DNA of 32,000 nt, from positions 810,001 through 842,000 of the forward strand of contig NZ_CP179200.1 in NCBI RefSeq assembly GCF_051201565.1. Reading direction: 5' to 3'. The stretch's first letter is position 1; each line of letters starts with the position of its first letter. Both the position numbers and the translations under genes were made by a program. The DNA is from Pseudothioglobus sp. nBUS_23. GTDB taxonomy: Bacteria; Pseudomonadota; Gammaproteobacteria; PS1; Pseudothioglobaceae. The notes below the pieces were generated by a model that saw nothing but the letters and a program-made list of their open reading frames with translations, was not told the origin of the DNA and did not search any database. Positions 17,755 to 27,762 of the stretch are shown here, piece by piece.

Positions 17755-18687
17755 ATGATGACAATGGAAGACAGAGATGGCTTCATCTGGATGGATGGAG
17801 AATGGTTGGATTGGAGAGAGGCAAAAGTTCATGTACTGACGCACACTTTGCACTACGGAATGGGCGCATTTGAAGGTGTAAGAGCCTACGAAACTAATCA
17901 TGGTCCTGCTATCTTTAAACTGGAGGAGCATACGGAAAGACTATTTAATTCGACAAGAATTCTGGGTATGAAAATACCTTATGATGCTGATACGCTGAAT
18001 CAAGCTCAAAGAGAGGTAATCACGAAAAACAATCTAAAATCTGCCTACATTAGACCGATGTGTTTTTATGGTTCAGAAGGCATGGGTCTGAGAGCTGATA
18101 ACCTTAAAGTGCATACCATGATTGCTGCTTGGGAGTGGGGAGCCTACCTTGGTGAAGACAACATGAAGAATGGTATAAGAATTAGAACTTCTTCTTATGT
18201 TAGGCATCCAGCGCATCCAACTCTGAGCGGTGCAAAAACAAACGGAAACTACATTAACTCGATGATGGCACTTAAAGAGGCACTAGATCATGGCTTTGAT
18301 GAGGCTCTAATGCTTGATATTGAAGGGTTTGTATCAGAAGGAAGTGGTGAAAATATATTTGTAATCAAGGATGAGGTTATTTACACGCCTCATTTGACCT
18401 CTGCACTCCCTGGAATTACGCGAGATACAATCGTCACACTAGCCAAGTCTTTAGGTTATGAAATTGTAGAAAAGAAACTGTCTTGCGATGAAATATATGC
18501 ATCTGATGAGGCTTTCTTTACTGGAACTGCTGCCGAAGTCACACCGATAAGAGACCTTGATGGAAATCAAATAGGTATTGGTTCACGTGGCCCAATAACC
18601 GAAAAGCTCCAAGCTTTATACTTTGATTGTGTTCATGGAAGGAATGCTGATTATTTGCACTGGATCAAAAAAGGTATGTGCGGGTGA
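17755..18687 (+). CDS. ilvE: Branched-chain amino acid aminotransferase (class IV PLP enzyme)
   Basis: 310 aa. DRDGFIWMDGEW..W.EAKVHVLTHTLHYGMGAFEGVRAY matches the Pseudomonas-type IlvE N-terminus. Starts at 17755, 17758 or 17764 are all possible. Confidence 0.92.
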   Translation: MMTMEDRDGFIWMDGEWLDWREAKVHVLTHTLHYGMGAFEGVRAYETNHGPAIFKLEEHTERLFNSTRILGMKIPYDADTLNQAQREVITKNNLKSAYIRPMCFYGSEGMGLRADNLKVHTMIAAWEWGAYLGEDNMKNGIRIRTSSYVRHPAHPTLSGAKTNGNYINSMMALKEALDHGFDEALMLDIEGFVSEGSGENIFVIKDEVIYTPHLTSALPGITRDTIVTLAKSLGYEIVEKKLSCDEIYASDEAFFTGTAAEVTPIRDLDGNQIGIGSRGPITEKLQALYFDCVHGRNADYLHWIKKGMCG

Positions 18688-18866
18688 ATTCAATAAGCTC
18701 CAATCAGTCAGATGTTGCTCTAGTCTCTAAAAAGGACTTGCCTGCTCACTGTCCGCCAAAAAATGCTTCAAAATGGAATATGCATCCTAAAGTCTTTTTG
18801 CAATTTGATGAGTTTGGCAATGCGAGTTGCCCTTATTGCGGAGCTCTCTATAAACTGACTCCATAA
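18678..18866 (+). CDS. zf-CHCC zinc-finger miniprotein (NDUFS6 C-terminal-like)
   Basis: 62 aa. HCPP....HPKVFL.....G...CPYCGALYKL matches the zf-CHCC pattern. The GTG start overlaps the ilvE stop. Confidence 0.7.
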   Translation: MRVNSISSNQSDVALVSKKDLPAHCPPKNASKWNMHPKVFLQFDEFGNASCPYCGALYKLTP

Positions 18867-18881
18867 TTTTAATTTTTTAAT

Positions 18882-19403
18882 ATGCAGGAAAAATGCAACA
18901 ACATTGTCTTAATAGGCCCTATGGGCTCAGGCAAGACAACAGTTGGAAGGCGCCTTGCTGAGAATTTAAAAATAAGTTTTTATGACGCAGATCACGAAAT
19001 TATAGATAAGACAGGCGTCAGCATTGATCACATTTTTGATGTAGAGGGTGAAGAGGGCTTTAGAAAAAGAGAGTCAGATGTTTTAGAGGATCTCTGCAGA
19101 AAACCTAATATCGTGCTTGCAACTGGTGGTGGTGCAGTTTTGTCAAAAGAGAATAGAGAAGTAATTAAGAAGACTGGTGCCGTGATATATTTATCATCAT
19201 CTGTAGAGCAAATTTTAAGAAGGACGGCAAAATCAAAAACAAGACCACTTCTTGAAAATAGTACGAATCGTAGAAAGACAATTTCAGATATTATTGATTC
19301 TAGAGACCCTCTATATCGAGAGGTTGCTAGCGTCATTATAAATACGAATGGTAAAAAACTCATTGAGATAATCAATGAAATCAAGATTCATTTGCCAAAT
19401 TAA
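18882..19403 (+). CDS. aroK: Shikimate kinase
   Basis: 173 aa. LIGPMGSGKTTVGR Walker A, D-x-D (FYDADHEI), and ATGGGAV. Confidence 0.92.
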   Translation: MQEKCNNIVLIGPMGSGKTTVGRRLAENLKISFYDADHEIIDKTGVSIDHIFDVEGEEGFRKRESDVLEDLCRKPNIVLATGGGAVLSKENREVIKKTGAVIYLSSSVEQILRRTAKSKTRPLLENSTNRRKTISDIIDSRDPLYREVASVIINTNGKKLIEIINEIKIHLPN

Positions 19404-19512
19404 TTTATTTAAATCTTTTGCCTAAAATTCATCAAAACTTCACTAAAATAGGTTTTTGATGCTCTAAACTAGCGATATTGTTAAATTTGATTTATTAAAT
19501 TCAAAAGGGGAA

Positions 19513-20895
19513 ATGATGTTTTATCGTACTGTTTTATCTGCTTTTACTTTTCTAATATCTATTAATGCAAGTGCTATCACGCTGAGTGAATTTAGTGAGA
19601 GACTTATAGAGAGCCACCCATACTTTGTTCAGCTTTCTCTATCAGAAAAGTCAAGTCTCCTTAATCAGAAATCATTAGCAGCTTACACAGATTGGAACAT
19701 TAAAGCTGGCGCAAGTGAAACTTTCACTGGAGGTGAAGATGTTGGCTCGAGGCTCTATAAAGACTTATATTCTACAAAGTATGAAATAGGCGCGACAAGA
19801 AAAGTTGACAACTCAGGTGCTAGCGTTAATCTCAAACATTCTCTAACTAGAAACGATAAAGACAGCAATGCCACTCACTCGAACCTTTTTTCAGTTGACT
19901 ACACCAGGCCGCTGCTTCAAAACAAAGATGGTTTAAACGACAAACTCAATCTTGACCTTGCATCCATTGAACTTATGGCAAAGAAGGTGAGTCTAGAAGA
20001 GCAAGCTGAAAGCTTTTTAGCCTCTAAGCTCTCTAAGTTTATTGATTTGGCTCTCAAACAAGAAATAGTTAAAAATCACAAAGTCGCTCTTGACCTTGCC
20101 AAACAGCAATTAGATTTGACAGAAGACAAATTTAAAAACTCTCTTGTAGATATCACTGTTCTGATTCAAGAGAAGGATAATTTTGTCAAAGCAAAACAGC
20201 AGTCTCTTCAATCAAACAAAGAGCTCATTATAGAGAGGCGAGAGTTGGCCAACCTGATTGGTTTTAAAGAGTCAGAAATGATTGTAGATATGAATTTGTT
20301 TGAAGAGCAAGATTTGGTGAGCGTCGACGTGCGAGAATTTGTTAAAAACTCAAGAGCAATGCAGAAGTATGATTTTGACAAAGCTAAACTTCAACGAGAG
20401 CTTGAAACAAACGAGAACAAAACCATGCCTAACGTGAATCTAAACTTAGGGCTGTCTTCTCTAGGAGAAAACGATAAGTACTTTGGAAGCTTTGGTAACA
20501 GAGACTATTCCTGGAACATCGGAGTTGATATCTCATACCCATTGGGATCAAGAAAAGAGCTGATTGCAGTTGAGAATACCGAAATTAAAATGTCTGATGT
20601 TGACGCTAAAAGAGCAGAGGCAGAAATGAACAGTGTCCAGCAAATTAATTATTTATTGGCACAGGTAGACCTTCTGTCTGAACTTGTAGAATTGTATTTA
20701 GAGCAGGGCGCTCTTGCTGAGGAAAAGGTTATCGAAGAGCAGATAAAATTTAGTGAAGCTAGAGGACAAAAATCTTTGGTACTTGCAGCCAAGATTAATG
20801 CAAACCAGGCAAATATGACCTACTTGCAAGCTGCTGGAACTTATCAAAAAATTATTATTGATTACAAGGCGGCAATTGATCAGCTCTATAACTAG
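19513..20895 (+). CDS. TolC-family outer-membrane efflux/channel protein
   Basis: 460 aa. Signal peptide MMFYRTVLSAFTFLISINASA. Two coiled-coil-rich repeats and beta-strand segments typical of OEP (TolC) proteins. GGGGA ribosome-binding site. Confidence 0.75.
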   Translation: MMFYRTVLSAFTFLISINASAITLSEFSERLIESHPYFVQLSLSEKSSLLNQKSLAAYTDWNIKAGASETFTGGEDVGSRLYKDLYSTKYEIGATRKVDNSGASVNLKHSLTRNDKDSNATHSNLFSVDYTRPLLQNKDGLNDKLNLDLASIELMAKKVSLEEQAESFLASKLSKFIDLALKQEIVKNHKVALDLAKQQLDLTEDKFKNSLVDITVLIQEKDNFVKAKQQSLQSNKELIIERRELANLIGFKESEMIVDMNLFEEQDLVSVDVREFVKNSRAMQKYDFDKAKLQRELETNENKTMPNVNLNLGLSSLGENDKYFGSFGNRDYSWNIGVDISYPLGSRKELIAVENTEIKMSDVDAKRAEAEMNSVQQINYLLAQVDLLSELVELYLEQGALAEEKVIEEQIKFSEARGQKSLVLAAKINANQANMTYLQAAGTYQKIIIDYKAAIDQLYN

Positions 20896-20897
20896 AA

Positions 20898-21740
20898 ATG
20901 ATTCGCCTTTTCCTAGCCTTTTGCTCTTTTATACCGCTAAAGGCTAATCATACTTTTGGCACTTTGTTGGGCCATCTTCTATTTATTTTTAATTCAGATG
21001 CGAAAAATGCATCTAGGCAAAATCTAGAGATTTGTTTTCCGAATCTTGATCAGATTCATTTGAAAGCTCTCTTAAAGAAATCTCTGATTGAAACGGGAAA
21101 AAATTTAACAGAGTCAGGTTTAATTTGGAACCAGTCATTCAAAGAGAATGCAAATCTCATTAGGAATATTAATGGTGAGCAATACCTTAATGACTCAAAA
21201 AAAACTATCCTTTTGGTTCCTCATATTGGGTGTTGGGAGATAACTGGAAGAGTTATCGCTGAAAAAAGAAAGGTTACCTTTATGTATCGTTCTCTGAGAA
21301 GTGAGAAACAGAACGAGTACCTCTTTGCCAGAAGAAATCAGGGCAATCTGACAATGGCTAGCGCTGATAAGTCAGGCATCCTAAAAATTCAAAGAGCTCT
21401 GAGTAACGGCGAATTAGTTGGAATGCTTCCTGACCAAGATCCAGGTGAAGATGGCGGCATTATGGCTCCTTTTTTTAATAAAGAGGTGAACACTATGACT
21501 CTCCTTGCAAGGCTTACTCAAAAGCACAATGCACAAGTCTTGATGTTCTGGGCTAAGAGGCTTGATAAAGGAAAAGGTTATGATTTAAATTTTGAGCCTG
21601 TGAACCTGAGCAAGGATGGTGATGATCTAGAATCTTGTGTCAAAGTTATGAATAAATCGATTGAATCTTTAGTCAGAAAAATACCTGAACAGTATATGTG
21701 GGGCTATAAACGTTTTAAGTCATCACACTCTTATCAGTAA
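20898..21740 (+). CDS. LpxL/HtrB-family lysophospholipid (lipid A late) acyltransferase
   Basis: 280 aa. HIGCWE (Hx4D/E acyltransferase motif), LPDQD, and a C-terminal PEQYMWGYKRFK typical of the LABLAT family. It starts 2 nt after the TolC-like stop. Confidence 0.8.
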   Translation: MIRLFLAFCSFIPLKANHTFGTLLGHLLFIFNSDAKNASRQNLEICFPNLDQIHLKALLKKSLIETGKNLTESGLIWNQSFKENANLIRNINGEQYLNDSKKTILLVPHIGCWEITGRVIAEKRKVTFMYRSLRSEKQNEYLFARRNQGNLTMASADKSGILKIQRALSNGELVGMLPDQDPGEDGGIMAPFFNKEVNTMTLLARLTQKHNAQVLMFWAKRLDKGKGYDLNFEPVNLSKDGDDLESCVKVMNKSIESLVRKIPEQYMWGYKRFKSSHSYQ

Positions 21741-21797
21741 GCTTTATTATTTAGACTCTCAAAATCTCAAAAGTATCAATAATGGTATAATTCATTG

Positions 21798-22472
21798 ATG
21801 AGAATTATTGAAGACGTACGCAGCGTTTTTGCTAGAGACCCTGCAGCAAGAAATGTATTTGAAATACTGACCTGTTATTCAGGGGTTCAGGCAGTCATTC
21901 TTTATAGACTCACTCATTTTTTATGGCGCTATAAGCTGCGCTGGCTTGCACGCTTTATATCCACACTTGCCAGATGGATTACTGGCATCGAGATCCATCC
22001 TGGCGCTGTCATTGGAAGGCGTTTTTTTATTGATCATGGTATGGGTGTGGTGATAGGAGAGACAGCTATCATTGGTGATGACTGTATGCTGTATCACGGC
22101 GTCACCTTGGGCGGAACAACTTGGGATAAAGTCAAGAGGCATCCTACCCTTAAAAATGGCGTTGTGATTGGTGCTGGTGCCAAAATTTTAGGACCCATAA
22201 CCCTTGGGAATAATGTGCGTGTTGGATCCAATTCTGTCGTTGTTAGGTCGATTGATGATAACGAGACTGTGGTTGGTATTCCGGGCCGTATTGTGAGGCA
22301 AAAAACAGAAGATGAAGACTCATTTGACTCTTATGCAGCTAAGGCGTCAGGCATATCAAATGATCCAACTCTCCAGGCCGTTAACTCCCTTATCGATCGC
22401 CTCTCAGAGATGGAAAAGCAACTTGAAAAAGTTTCCCCAAAAAAGCCGACTAAAAGCGTTGAAAAAAACTAA
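21798..22472 (+). CDS. cysE: Serine O-acetyltransferase (short form)
   Basis: [37 protein letters not shown] hexapeptide repeats, and [10 protein letters not shown]. The ATG at 21798 is preferred over the TTG at 21795. Confidence 0.9.
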   Translation: MRIIEDVRSVFARDPAARNVFEILTCYSGVQAVILYRLTHFLWRYKLRWLARFISTLARWITGIEIHPGAVIGRRFFIDHGMGVVIGETAIIGDDCMLYHGVTLGGTTWDKVKRHPTLKNGVVIGAGAKILGPITLGNNVRVGSNSVVVRSIDDNETVVGIPGRIVRQKTEDEDSFDSYAAKASGISNDPTLQAVNSLIDRLSEMEKQLEKVSPKKPTKSVEKN

Positions 22473-22488
22473 ACTTTGAGTTGAATTA

Positions 22489-22523
22489 TATACTTGACTA
22501 AATTACTAGGTTAATAGTATAAT
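22489..22523 (+). promoter_or_regulatory. isc promoter (TTGACT-18-TATAAT) overlapped by a type-1 IscR box
   Basis: The -35 is at 22494-22499 and the -10 at 22518-22523. ATACTTGACTAAATTACTAGGTTAAT resembles E. coli iscR site B, ATAGTTGACCAATTTACTCGGGAAT. Confidence 0.65.
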
Positions 22524-22552
22524 TTAAACTTTATTTTTAGATTGAGAATCTT

Positions 22553-22981
22553 ATGCAATTAACCACTAAAGGAAGATACGCGGTGACGGCTATGTTGGAT
22601 TTAGCATCTAACGAATCAACAAGGCCAGTTACCCTGGACATGATTTCACAGAGACAAAATATTTCACTCTCCTATTTAGAGCAGCTCTTTGCTAAACTCA
22701 GGAAAGCTAAGCTTGTTAAGAGTGTTAGAGGTCCTGGCGGAGGATACCTTTTGAATGTGAATGCAGACGAGGTATCACTTACGCAAATCATTGAAGCGGT
22801 CGACGAAAATATTGATCTAAGACGTTGCCACGGCTCAAAAGACTGTAACCGAGGTAAGCAGTGCCTGTCGCATCATTTATGGTGTGAGGTGAGCGACCAA
22901 ATTAGAGGTTTTTTAAGTACTCGAAACCTTCAGCAGGTGATGGATGACTATCGCTTGAATCAGTCACTTAACGTTAATTAA
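22553..22981 (+). CDS. iscR: Fe-S cluster assembly transcriptional regulator IscR (Rrf2 family)
   Basis: 142 aa. MQLTTKGRYAVTAMLDLA N-terminus. Cluster ligands C-x5-C-x5-C-x2-H (CHGSKDCNRGKQCLSH). Confidence 0.95.
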   Translation: MQLTTKGRYAVTAMLDLASNESTRPVTLDMISQRQNISLSYLEQLFAKLRKAKLVKSVRGPGGGYLLNVNADEVSLTQIIEAVDENIDLRRCHGSKDCNRGKQCLSHHLWCEVSDQIRGFLSTRNLQQVMDDYRLNQSLNVN

Positions 22982-23001
22982 TTTTTTAAAGGAATATTGT
23001 A

Positions 23002-24216
23002 ATGCTTAATCCAACTTATATGGACTACTCGTCAACCACTCCGGTTGATCCTCGTGTTGCTAAAAAAATGGCTAAATATCTGACTATGGAGGGTGACTTT
23101 GGTAATGCAGCTTCGCGCTCACACTATTATGGCTGGCAAGCTGAAAAAGCAGTTGATGAGGCTCGCTCTCAGGTCGCTGATTTGGTGGGTGCTGACCCTA
23201 GAGAGATTGTTTGGACTTCAGGCGCAACAGAGTCTAACAACCTGGCAATCAAGGGAATCGCAAATTTTTATCACAAGCGCGGTAAACATATCATTACTCT
23301 AAAGACAGAACATAAAGCTGTTCTAGATACCTGTCGCCAGCTTGAGAGAGAGGGTTTTGAGGTGACTTATCTGGACCCTCTGGCCAACGGCCTTTTAGAT
23401 ATTGAAGAGTTCAAGAGTACGATCAGAGAAGACACAATTTTGGCCTCATTCATGCATGTTAATAATGAGATTGGTGTGATTCAAGATCTACAGACTATTG
23501 GCGAGATTTGCAGAGAAAATAAAGTATTTTTTCATGTAGATGCTGCTCAGTCGGTTGGCAAAATAGAAATCGATTTAACCTCTCTTCCAGTAGATTTAAT
23601 GAGTTTTTCTGCTCACAAGATCTATGGGCCCAAAGGTATGGGAGCTCTTTATGTCTCTCGTAAGCCAAGAGTTCGACTAGAAGCTCAAATGCACGGTGGT
23701 GGTCATGAGAGAGGTATGCGCTCTGGAACGCTCGCTACCCATCAAATTGTTGGTATGGGTGAGGCTTTTGCCATTGCCAAAGCTGAGATGAAAGAGGAGA
23801 GCGAGAGAACCTTAAGGTTAAGACAAAGACTCTACGATGGTTTTTCGGATATGGAAGAGGTCGTCGTCAATGGTGATCTAGATCAAAGGATTTCAGGGAA
23901 TCTTAACATTAGCTTCAACTATGTCGAGGGTGAGTCACTGATGATGGCTATCTCTGGCGTGGCTGTGTCCTCTGGGTCGGCATGCACATCTGCGAGTCTT
24001 GAGCCGTCCTATGTGCTGCGTGCACTTGGGCTGAGTGACGAGCTTGCACACAGCTCGATTCGCTTTAGTGTAGGACGTTACACGACAGAAAAAGATGTGG
24101 ATGATGCCATCACTCTGGTTCGTGAAAAAGTTGAAAAATTAAGAGAACTATCGCCATTATGGGATATGTACAAGGATGGAATCGATTTAAATTCTGTGCA
24201 GTGGGCTGCTCACTAA
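23002..24216 (+). CDS. iscS: Cysteine desulfurase IscS
   Basis: 404 aa. [24 protein letters not shown] (PLP Lys), and SSGSACTS active-site Cys loop. Confidence 0.97.
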   Translation: MLNPTYMDYSSTTPVDPRVAKKMAKYLTMEGDFGNAASRSHYYGWQAEKAVDEARSQVADLVGADPREIVWTSGATESNNLAIKGIANFYHKRGKHIITLKTEHKAVLDTCRQLEREGFEVTYLDPLANGLLDIEEFKSTIREDTILASFMHVNNEIGVIQDLQTIGEICRENKVFFHVDAAQSVGKIEIDLTSLPVDLMSFSAHKIYGPKGMGALYVSRKPRVRLEAQMHGGGHERGMRSGTLATHQIVGMGEAFAIAKAEMKEESERTLRLRQRLYDGFSDMEEVVVNGDLDQRISGNLNISFNYVEGESLMMAISGVAVSSGSACTSASLEPSYVLRALGLSDELAHSSIRFSVGRYTTEKDVDDAITLVREKVEKLRELSPLWDMYKDGIDLNSVQWAAH

Positions 24217-24284
24217 TTTGAAAAGATTTAAAAAATCTACAGCAAGCTGTAGCGTAAAATTGTCAGTTAAATTCGGAGTAACTT

Positions 24285-24665
24285 ATGGCATATGGTAAGA
24301 AAGTATTAGATCACTATGAAAACCCTAGGAACGTAGGAGTTTTAGATAAAGATGCAGTCAATGTTGGAACTGGTATGGTTGGCGCGCCAGCGTGTGGCGA
24401 TGTCATGCGTCTACAAATTCAGATCAACGATGACGGAGTCATTGAAGAGGCTAAATTTAAGACTTATGGTTGCGGCTCTGCAATTGCGTCCTCATCTCTT
24501 TTAACAGAGTGGGTCAAAGGCAAAACTTTAGATGAAGCCTCGCAAATTAAAAATACGGAAATTGTAGATGAGTTAGAACTGCCTCCAGTGAAGATTCATT
24601 GCTCGGTTTTAGCTGAGGATGCTATCAAAGCTGCTATCACAGATCTTAAGAACAAAGCTAGCTAA
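24285..24665 (+). CDS. iscU: Fe-S cluster scaffold IscU
   Basis: 126 aa. [27 protein letters not shown]. Confidence 0.97.
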   Translation: MAYGKKVLDHYENPRNVGVLDKDAVNVGTGMVGAPACGDVMRLQIQINDDGVIEEAKFKTYGCGSAIASSSLLTEWVKGKTLDEASQIKNTEIVDELELPPVKIHCSVLAEDAIKAAITDLKNKAS

Positions 24666-24670
24666 AAATT

Positions 24671-24994
24671 ATGGCAATAACACTGACTGACAAAGCGGCC
24701 CAAAGAATGAGCGACTACCTATCCAATAGAGGTTCAGGTGTCGGCGTTAGACTGTCAGTGCAAACCACAGGCTGCTCTGGTCTTGGTTACAATATGGAGT
24801 TTGTTGATTCGGTCAACGATGATGATACGACCTTTGATGATAAAGGCGTGAAAGTGATTGTCGATGCCAAAAGCCTTATCTATATTGATGGTACTGAGGT
24901 TGATTTTCAAAAAGAAGGGCTCAATGAGGGATTTGAGTTCAACAATCCAAACTCTAAGGCTGAGTGTGGATGCGGAGAATCTTTCACCGTTTAG
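24671..24994 (+). CDS. iscA: Iron-binding A-type carrier IscA
   Basis: 107 aa. GCSG and C-terminal CGCGESF. Confidence 0.95.
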   Translation: MAITLTDKAAQRMSDYLSNRGSGVGVRLSVQTTGCSGLGYNMEFVDSVNDDDTTFDDKGVKVIVDAKSLIYIDGTEVDFQKEGLNEGFEFNNPNSKAECGCGESFTV

Positions 24995-25027
24995 ATAGTT
25001 TTCATGGGTCTCTAGGGCATTGGCTAT

Positions 25028-25543
25028 ATGCAAAATTATTTTGAGTTATTTGACCTTGAAACATCGTTTTTCATTGATGAATCCAGCTTAAAAGAGGCCT
25101 ATCAAAGAGAGATAGCTCGCTTTCACCCAGATCAGTTTGCCAGCAGAGGTGATTCAGAAAAGTTGCAAGCACTCCAAAATACATCACTACTGAACACTGC
25201 CTTTGAGTCTATCAAATCGCCGCTCAATAGGGCCAGTTATTTATTAAAGCTTGAGGGTATTGATGCATTCGATGAGAGAGATACTTCGATGGACCATGAC
25301 TTCTTGATTTCTCAGATTGAGCTCAGGGAAGAGTTAGAGTTGTTGCGATTAAAACAGAACCCCGATGATTTAGAGGACTACTTGGACAAAGTAGAAGAAC
25401 AAATTCAATCAAAGATTGATTTGATCTCAGATGCTTTTAAGGAAAATAAAGGGCACTTGGAGATCAAGAAAGATGTCAGAGAGCTCAAGTTCTATGAACA
25501 GTTACTCAGTGAGTCAAGCAAGTTGATGGATGAATGGTTATAG
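25028..25543 (+). CDS. hscB: Co-chaperone HscB
   Basis: 171 aa. J-domain with HPD (RFHPDQF). Positioned between iscA and hscA. Confidence 0.92.
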   Translation: MQNYFELFDLETSFFIDESSLKEAYQREIARFHPDQFASRGDSEKLQALQNTSLLNTAFESIKSPLNRASYLLKLEGIDAFDERDTSMDHDFLISQIELREELELLRLKQNPDDLEDYLDKVEEQIQSKIDLISDAFKENKGHLEIKKDVRELKFYEQLLSESSKLMDEWL

Positions 25544-25553
25544 GGCATAAATA

Positions 25554-27407
25554 ATGGCATTACTTCAAATTTCAGAACCTGGTCAATCGACAGCTCCTCA
25601 TCGCCATAACCTTGCGTGTGGTATAGATTTAGGCACAACCAACTCTTTGGTAGCTAGTGTTATGAGTGGCGCGACAAAGCTTTTAAAAGATACCGATGGA
25701 GAGGTCATTCTTCCCTCAATAGCGCACTTCAGTGGTGAAGAAGTGTCGATTGGGAAAGAGGCTCTCAACTTTGCTATTCAGGACCCTTCAAACACAATCT
25801 TTTCAATTAAGCGTTTTATGGGGATTAGTTATGATGAAGCTAAAGCTATTAAAAACCTTCCTTATGATTTAGTTAATCTTGATGGCTCAGTTGGTTTCAA
25901 GACGGCAATGGGCGTTTTGACGCCAATCGAGGTCTCATCCAGAATTCTCAATAGTCTTAAGAATAGAGCAGAGAAAGCCCTTGGCGATGAACTTAAAGGG
26001 GCAGTTATAACGGTTCCTGCATATTTTAATGATGCACAAAGACAATCCACAAAAGACGCTGCAAAGCTCGCTGGAATAAATGTATTGAGACTACTCAATG
26101 AGCCCACAGCGGCCGCCATTGCTTACGGTCTAGAGACAAAAGAAGAGGGTATTCACGCGGTTTATGATTTAGGAGGGGGTACGTTTGATATCTCAATACT
26201 AAGCTTTAATAGAGGTGTTTTTGAGGTGATGTCTACGGGCGGAGACTCTAGCCTGGGGGGAGACGACTTTGATAATTTAATCTTTGAAGATTGCGTCAAT
26301 AAGCTTGCCTTGCAGAATCTGTCTGCAAGTCAAATTCAGATCATTAGGCAATTCGCAAAATCTTCAAAAGAGCAGCTATCTACAAAAGATGTTGCCGAGT
26401 TTGAAATTGATCATAAGCACTATCAAATTACCAAATCTGATTTTGAAGCCATGACTGAAGACCTTGTCAAAAGAACGCTTCGAATTACCAAAAGAGCGCT
26501 AAGAGATGCCGGTATTGACACTCAGGATGTCAAAGAGGTCATCATGGTGGGTGGTTCAACGCGCATGAGCGTAATCCGAGAGAGGGTGGGTGAGCTCTTC
26601 AAAAAGCCAGTGCTGTGCTCTATTAATCCAGATGAGGTTGTGGCCAAAGGTGCAGCAATTCAAGCTAACGTCCTGGCTGGTAACAAAAGTAAGGATGATG
26701 TCCTGCTTCTAGATGTCCTGCCTCTCTCCTTGGGCCTTGAAACGATGGGCGGTCTTGTAGAGAAGGTGATTCATAGAAATACAACAATCCCTATCACTAG
26801 GGCGCAAGAATTTACCACCTATAAAGATGGCCAAACCGGGATGGGTATTCATGTCTATCAAGGCGAGCGAGAGCTCACGAAGGATTGCCGCTCTCTGGGC
26901 CGATTCGAGCTCAAAGGCATACCTCCAATGGTTGCTGGAAGGGCGCGTATACTGGTCGAGTTTCAGGTCGACGCTGATGGACTCTTATCGGTCTCTGCTA
27001 AAGAGGAGACCTCAGGCGTTAAGTCTGAGATAGTGATAAAGCCTTCTTATGGCCTAAGTGATCAAGAAATGGAAAAAATGCTTAAAGATTCGGTTGTTTT
27101 TGCACAGGAAGATATTCAGCTAAGAATGCTCCAGGAGCAGCGAGTGGATGCCAACAGAACTATTGAAGCAATTGACGCTGCGCTTGAGGCGGATCAATCA
27201 CTCCTAGACAAAGCAATGCTTGACTCAATTCTATCTGCGAGAAAGGACTTGTCTCTTATTATTGACTCCACAGGTGCAGATGAGATTAAAGAGGCAACCC
27301 AGGAGCTTGAAAGGGTGAGTGCAAAGTTTGTAGAAATGAGGATGAATCAATCCATTATGAGCGCTATGAAAGGACACCGAATTGATGAATTTAACGATCA
27401 ACTATAA
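25554..27407 (+). CDS. hscA: Fe-S protein assembly chaperone HscA (Hsp70 family)
   Basis: 617 aa. [11 protein letters not shown]-terminus, GIDLGTTNS, and [10 protein letters not shown]. Confidence 0.97.
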   Translation: MALLQISEPGQSTAPHRHNLACGIDLGTTNSLVASVMSGATKLLKDTDGEVILPSIAHFSGEEVSIGKEALNFAIQDPSNTIFSIKRFMGISYDEAKAIKNLPYDLVNLDGSVGFKTAMGVLTPIEVSSRILNSLKNRAEKALGDELKGAVITVPAYFNDAQRQSTKDAAKLAGINVLRLLNEPTAAAIAYGLETKEEGIHAVYDLGGGTFDISILSFNRGVFEVMSTGGDSSLGGDDFDNLIFEDCVNKLALQNLSASQIQIIRQFAKSSKEQLSTKDVAEFEIDHKHYQITKSDFEAMTEDLVKRTLRITKRALRDAGIDTQDVKEVIMVGGSTRMSVIRERVGELFKKPVLCSINPDEVVAKGAAIQANVLAGNKSKDDVLLLDVLPLSLGLETMGGLVEKVIHRNTTIPITRAQEFTTYKDGQTGMGIHVYQGERELTKDCRSLGRFELKGIPPMVAGRARILVEFQVDADGLLSVSAKEETSGVKSEIVIKPSYGLSDQEMEKMLKDSVVFAQEDIQLRMLQEQRVDANRTIEAIDAALEADQSLLDKAMLDSILSARKDLSLIIDSTGADEIKEATQELERVSAKFVEMRMNQSIMSAMKGHRIDEFNDQL

Positions 27408-27416
27408 AATATTACT

Positions 27417-27755
27417 ATGCCACAAATAATTATCCTTCCTAACGATGACTTTTGCCCTGAAGGTACTGTCCTTGATGTAGAAACAGGCACCAGCGTCTGT
27501 AGAGCGCTTCTAGATAATGACATCGAGATCGAGCATGCCTGCGAGATGTCTAACGCGTGCACGACATGTCACGTTTATATTCGTGAAGGTTTTGATTCGA
27601 TCGAGGAGTCAGACGAGGTCGAGGACGATCTTCTTGATAAGGCATGGGGCCTGGATCCAGACTCAAGGCTATCCTGCCAGGCAATCATCGATCAAGAAGA
27701 CATAGTCATTGAGATACCAAAATACACCATCAACCAGGTCTCAGAGAACCACTAG
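27417..27755 (+). CDS. fdx: ISC-system [2Fe-2S] ferredoxin
   Basis: 112 aa. MPQIIILP, and C-x5-C-x2-C ... C (CEMSNACTTCHV ... LSCQ). Confidence 0.95.
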   Translation: MPQIIILPNDDFCPEGTVLDVETGTSVCRALLDNDIEIEHACEMSNACTTCHVYIREGFDSIEESDEVEDDLLDKAWGLDPDSRLSCQAIIDQEDIVIEIPKYTINQVSENH

Positions 27756-27762
27756 AGCTTAT

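Noticed and set aside
17662-17931. An 89-aa minus-strand ORF spanning the ilvE promoter and start
   Set aside because: It overlaps the conserved ilvE N-terminus in antisense and consists mostly of AT-rich intergenic sequence. It has no homology signal.
19028-19384. A 118-aa minus-strand ORF
   Set aside because: It is antisense to almost the whole of aroK. Shadow ORF.
24755-26119. Minus-strand ORFs 24755-25033 and 25862-26119
   Set aside because: They are antisense to iscA/hscB and hscA respectively. Shadow ORFs.
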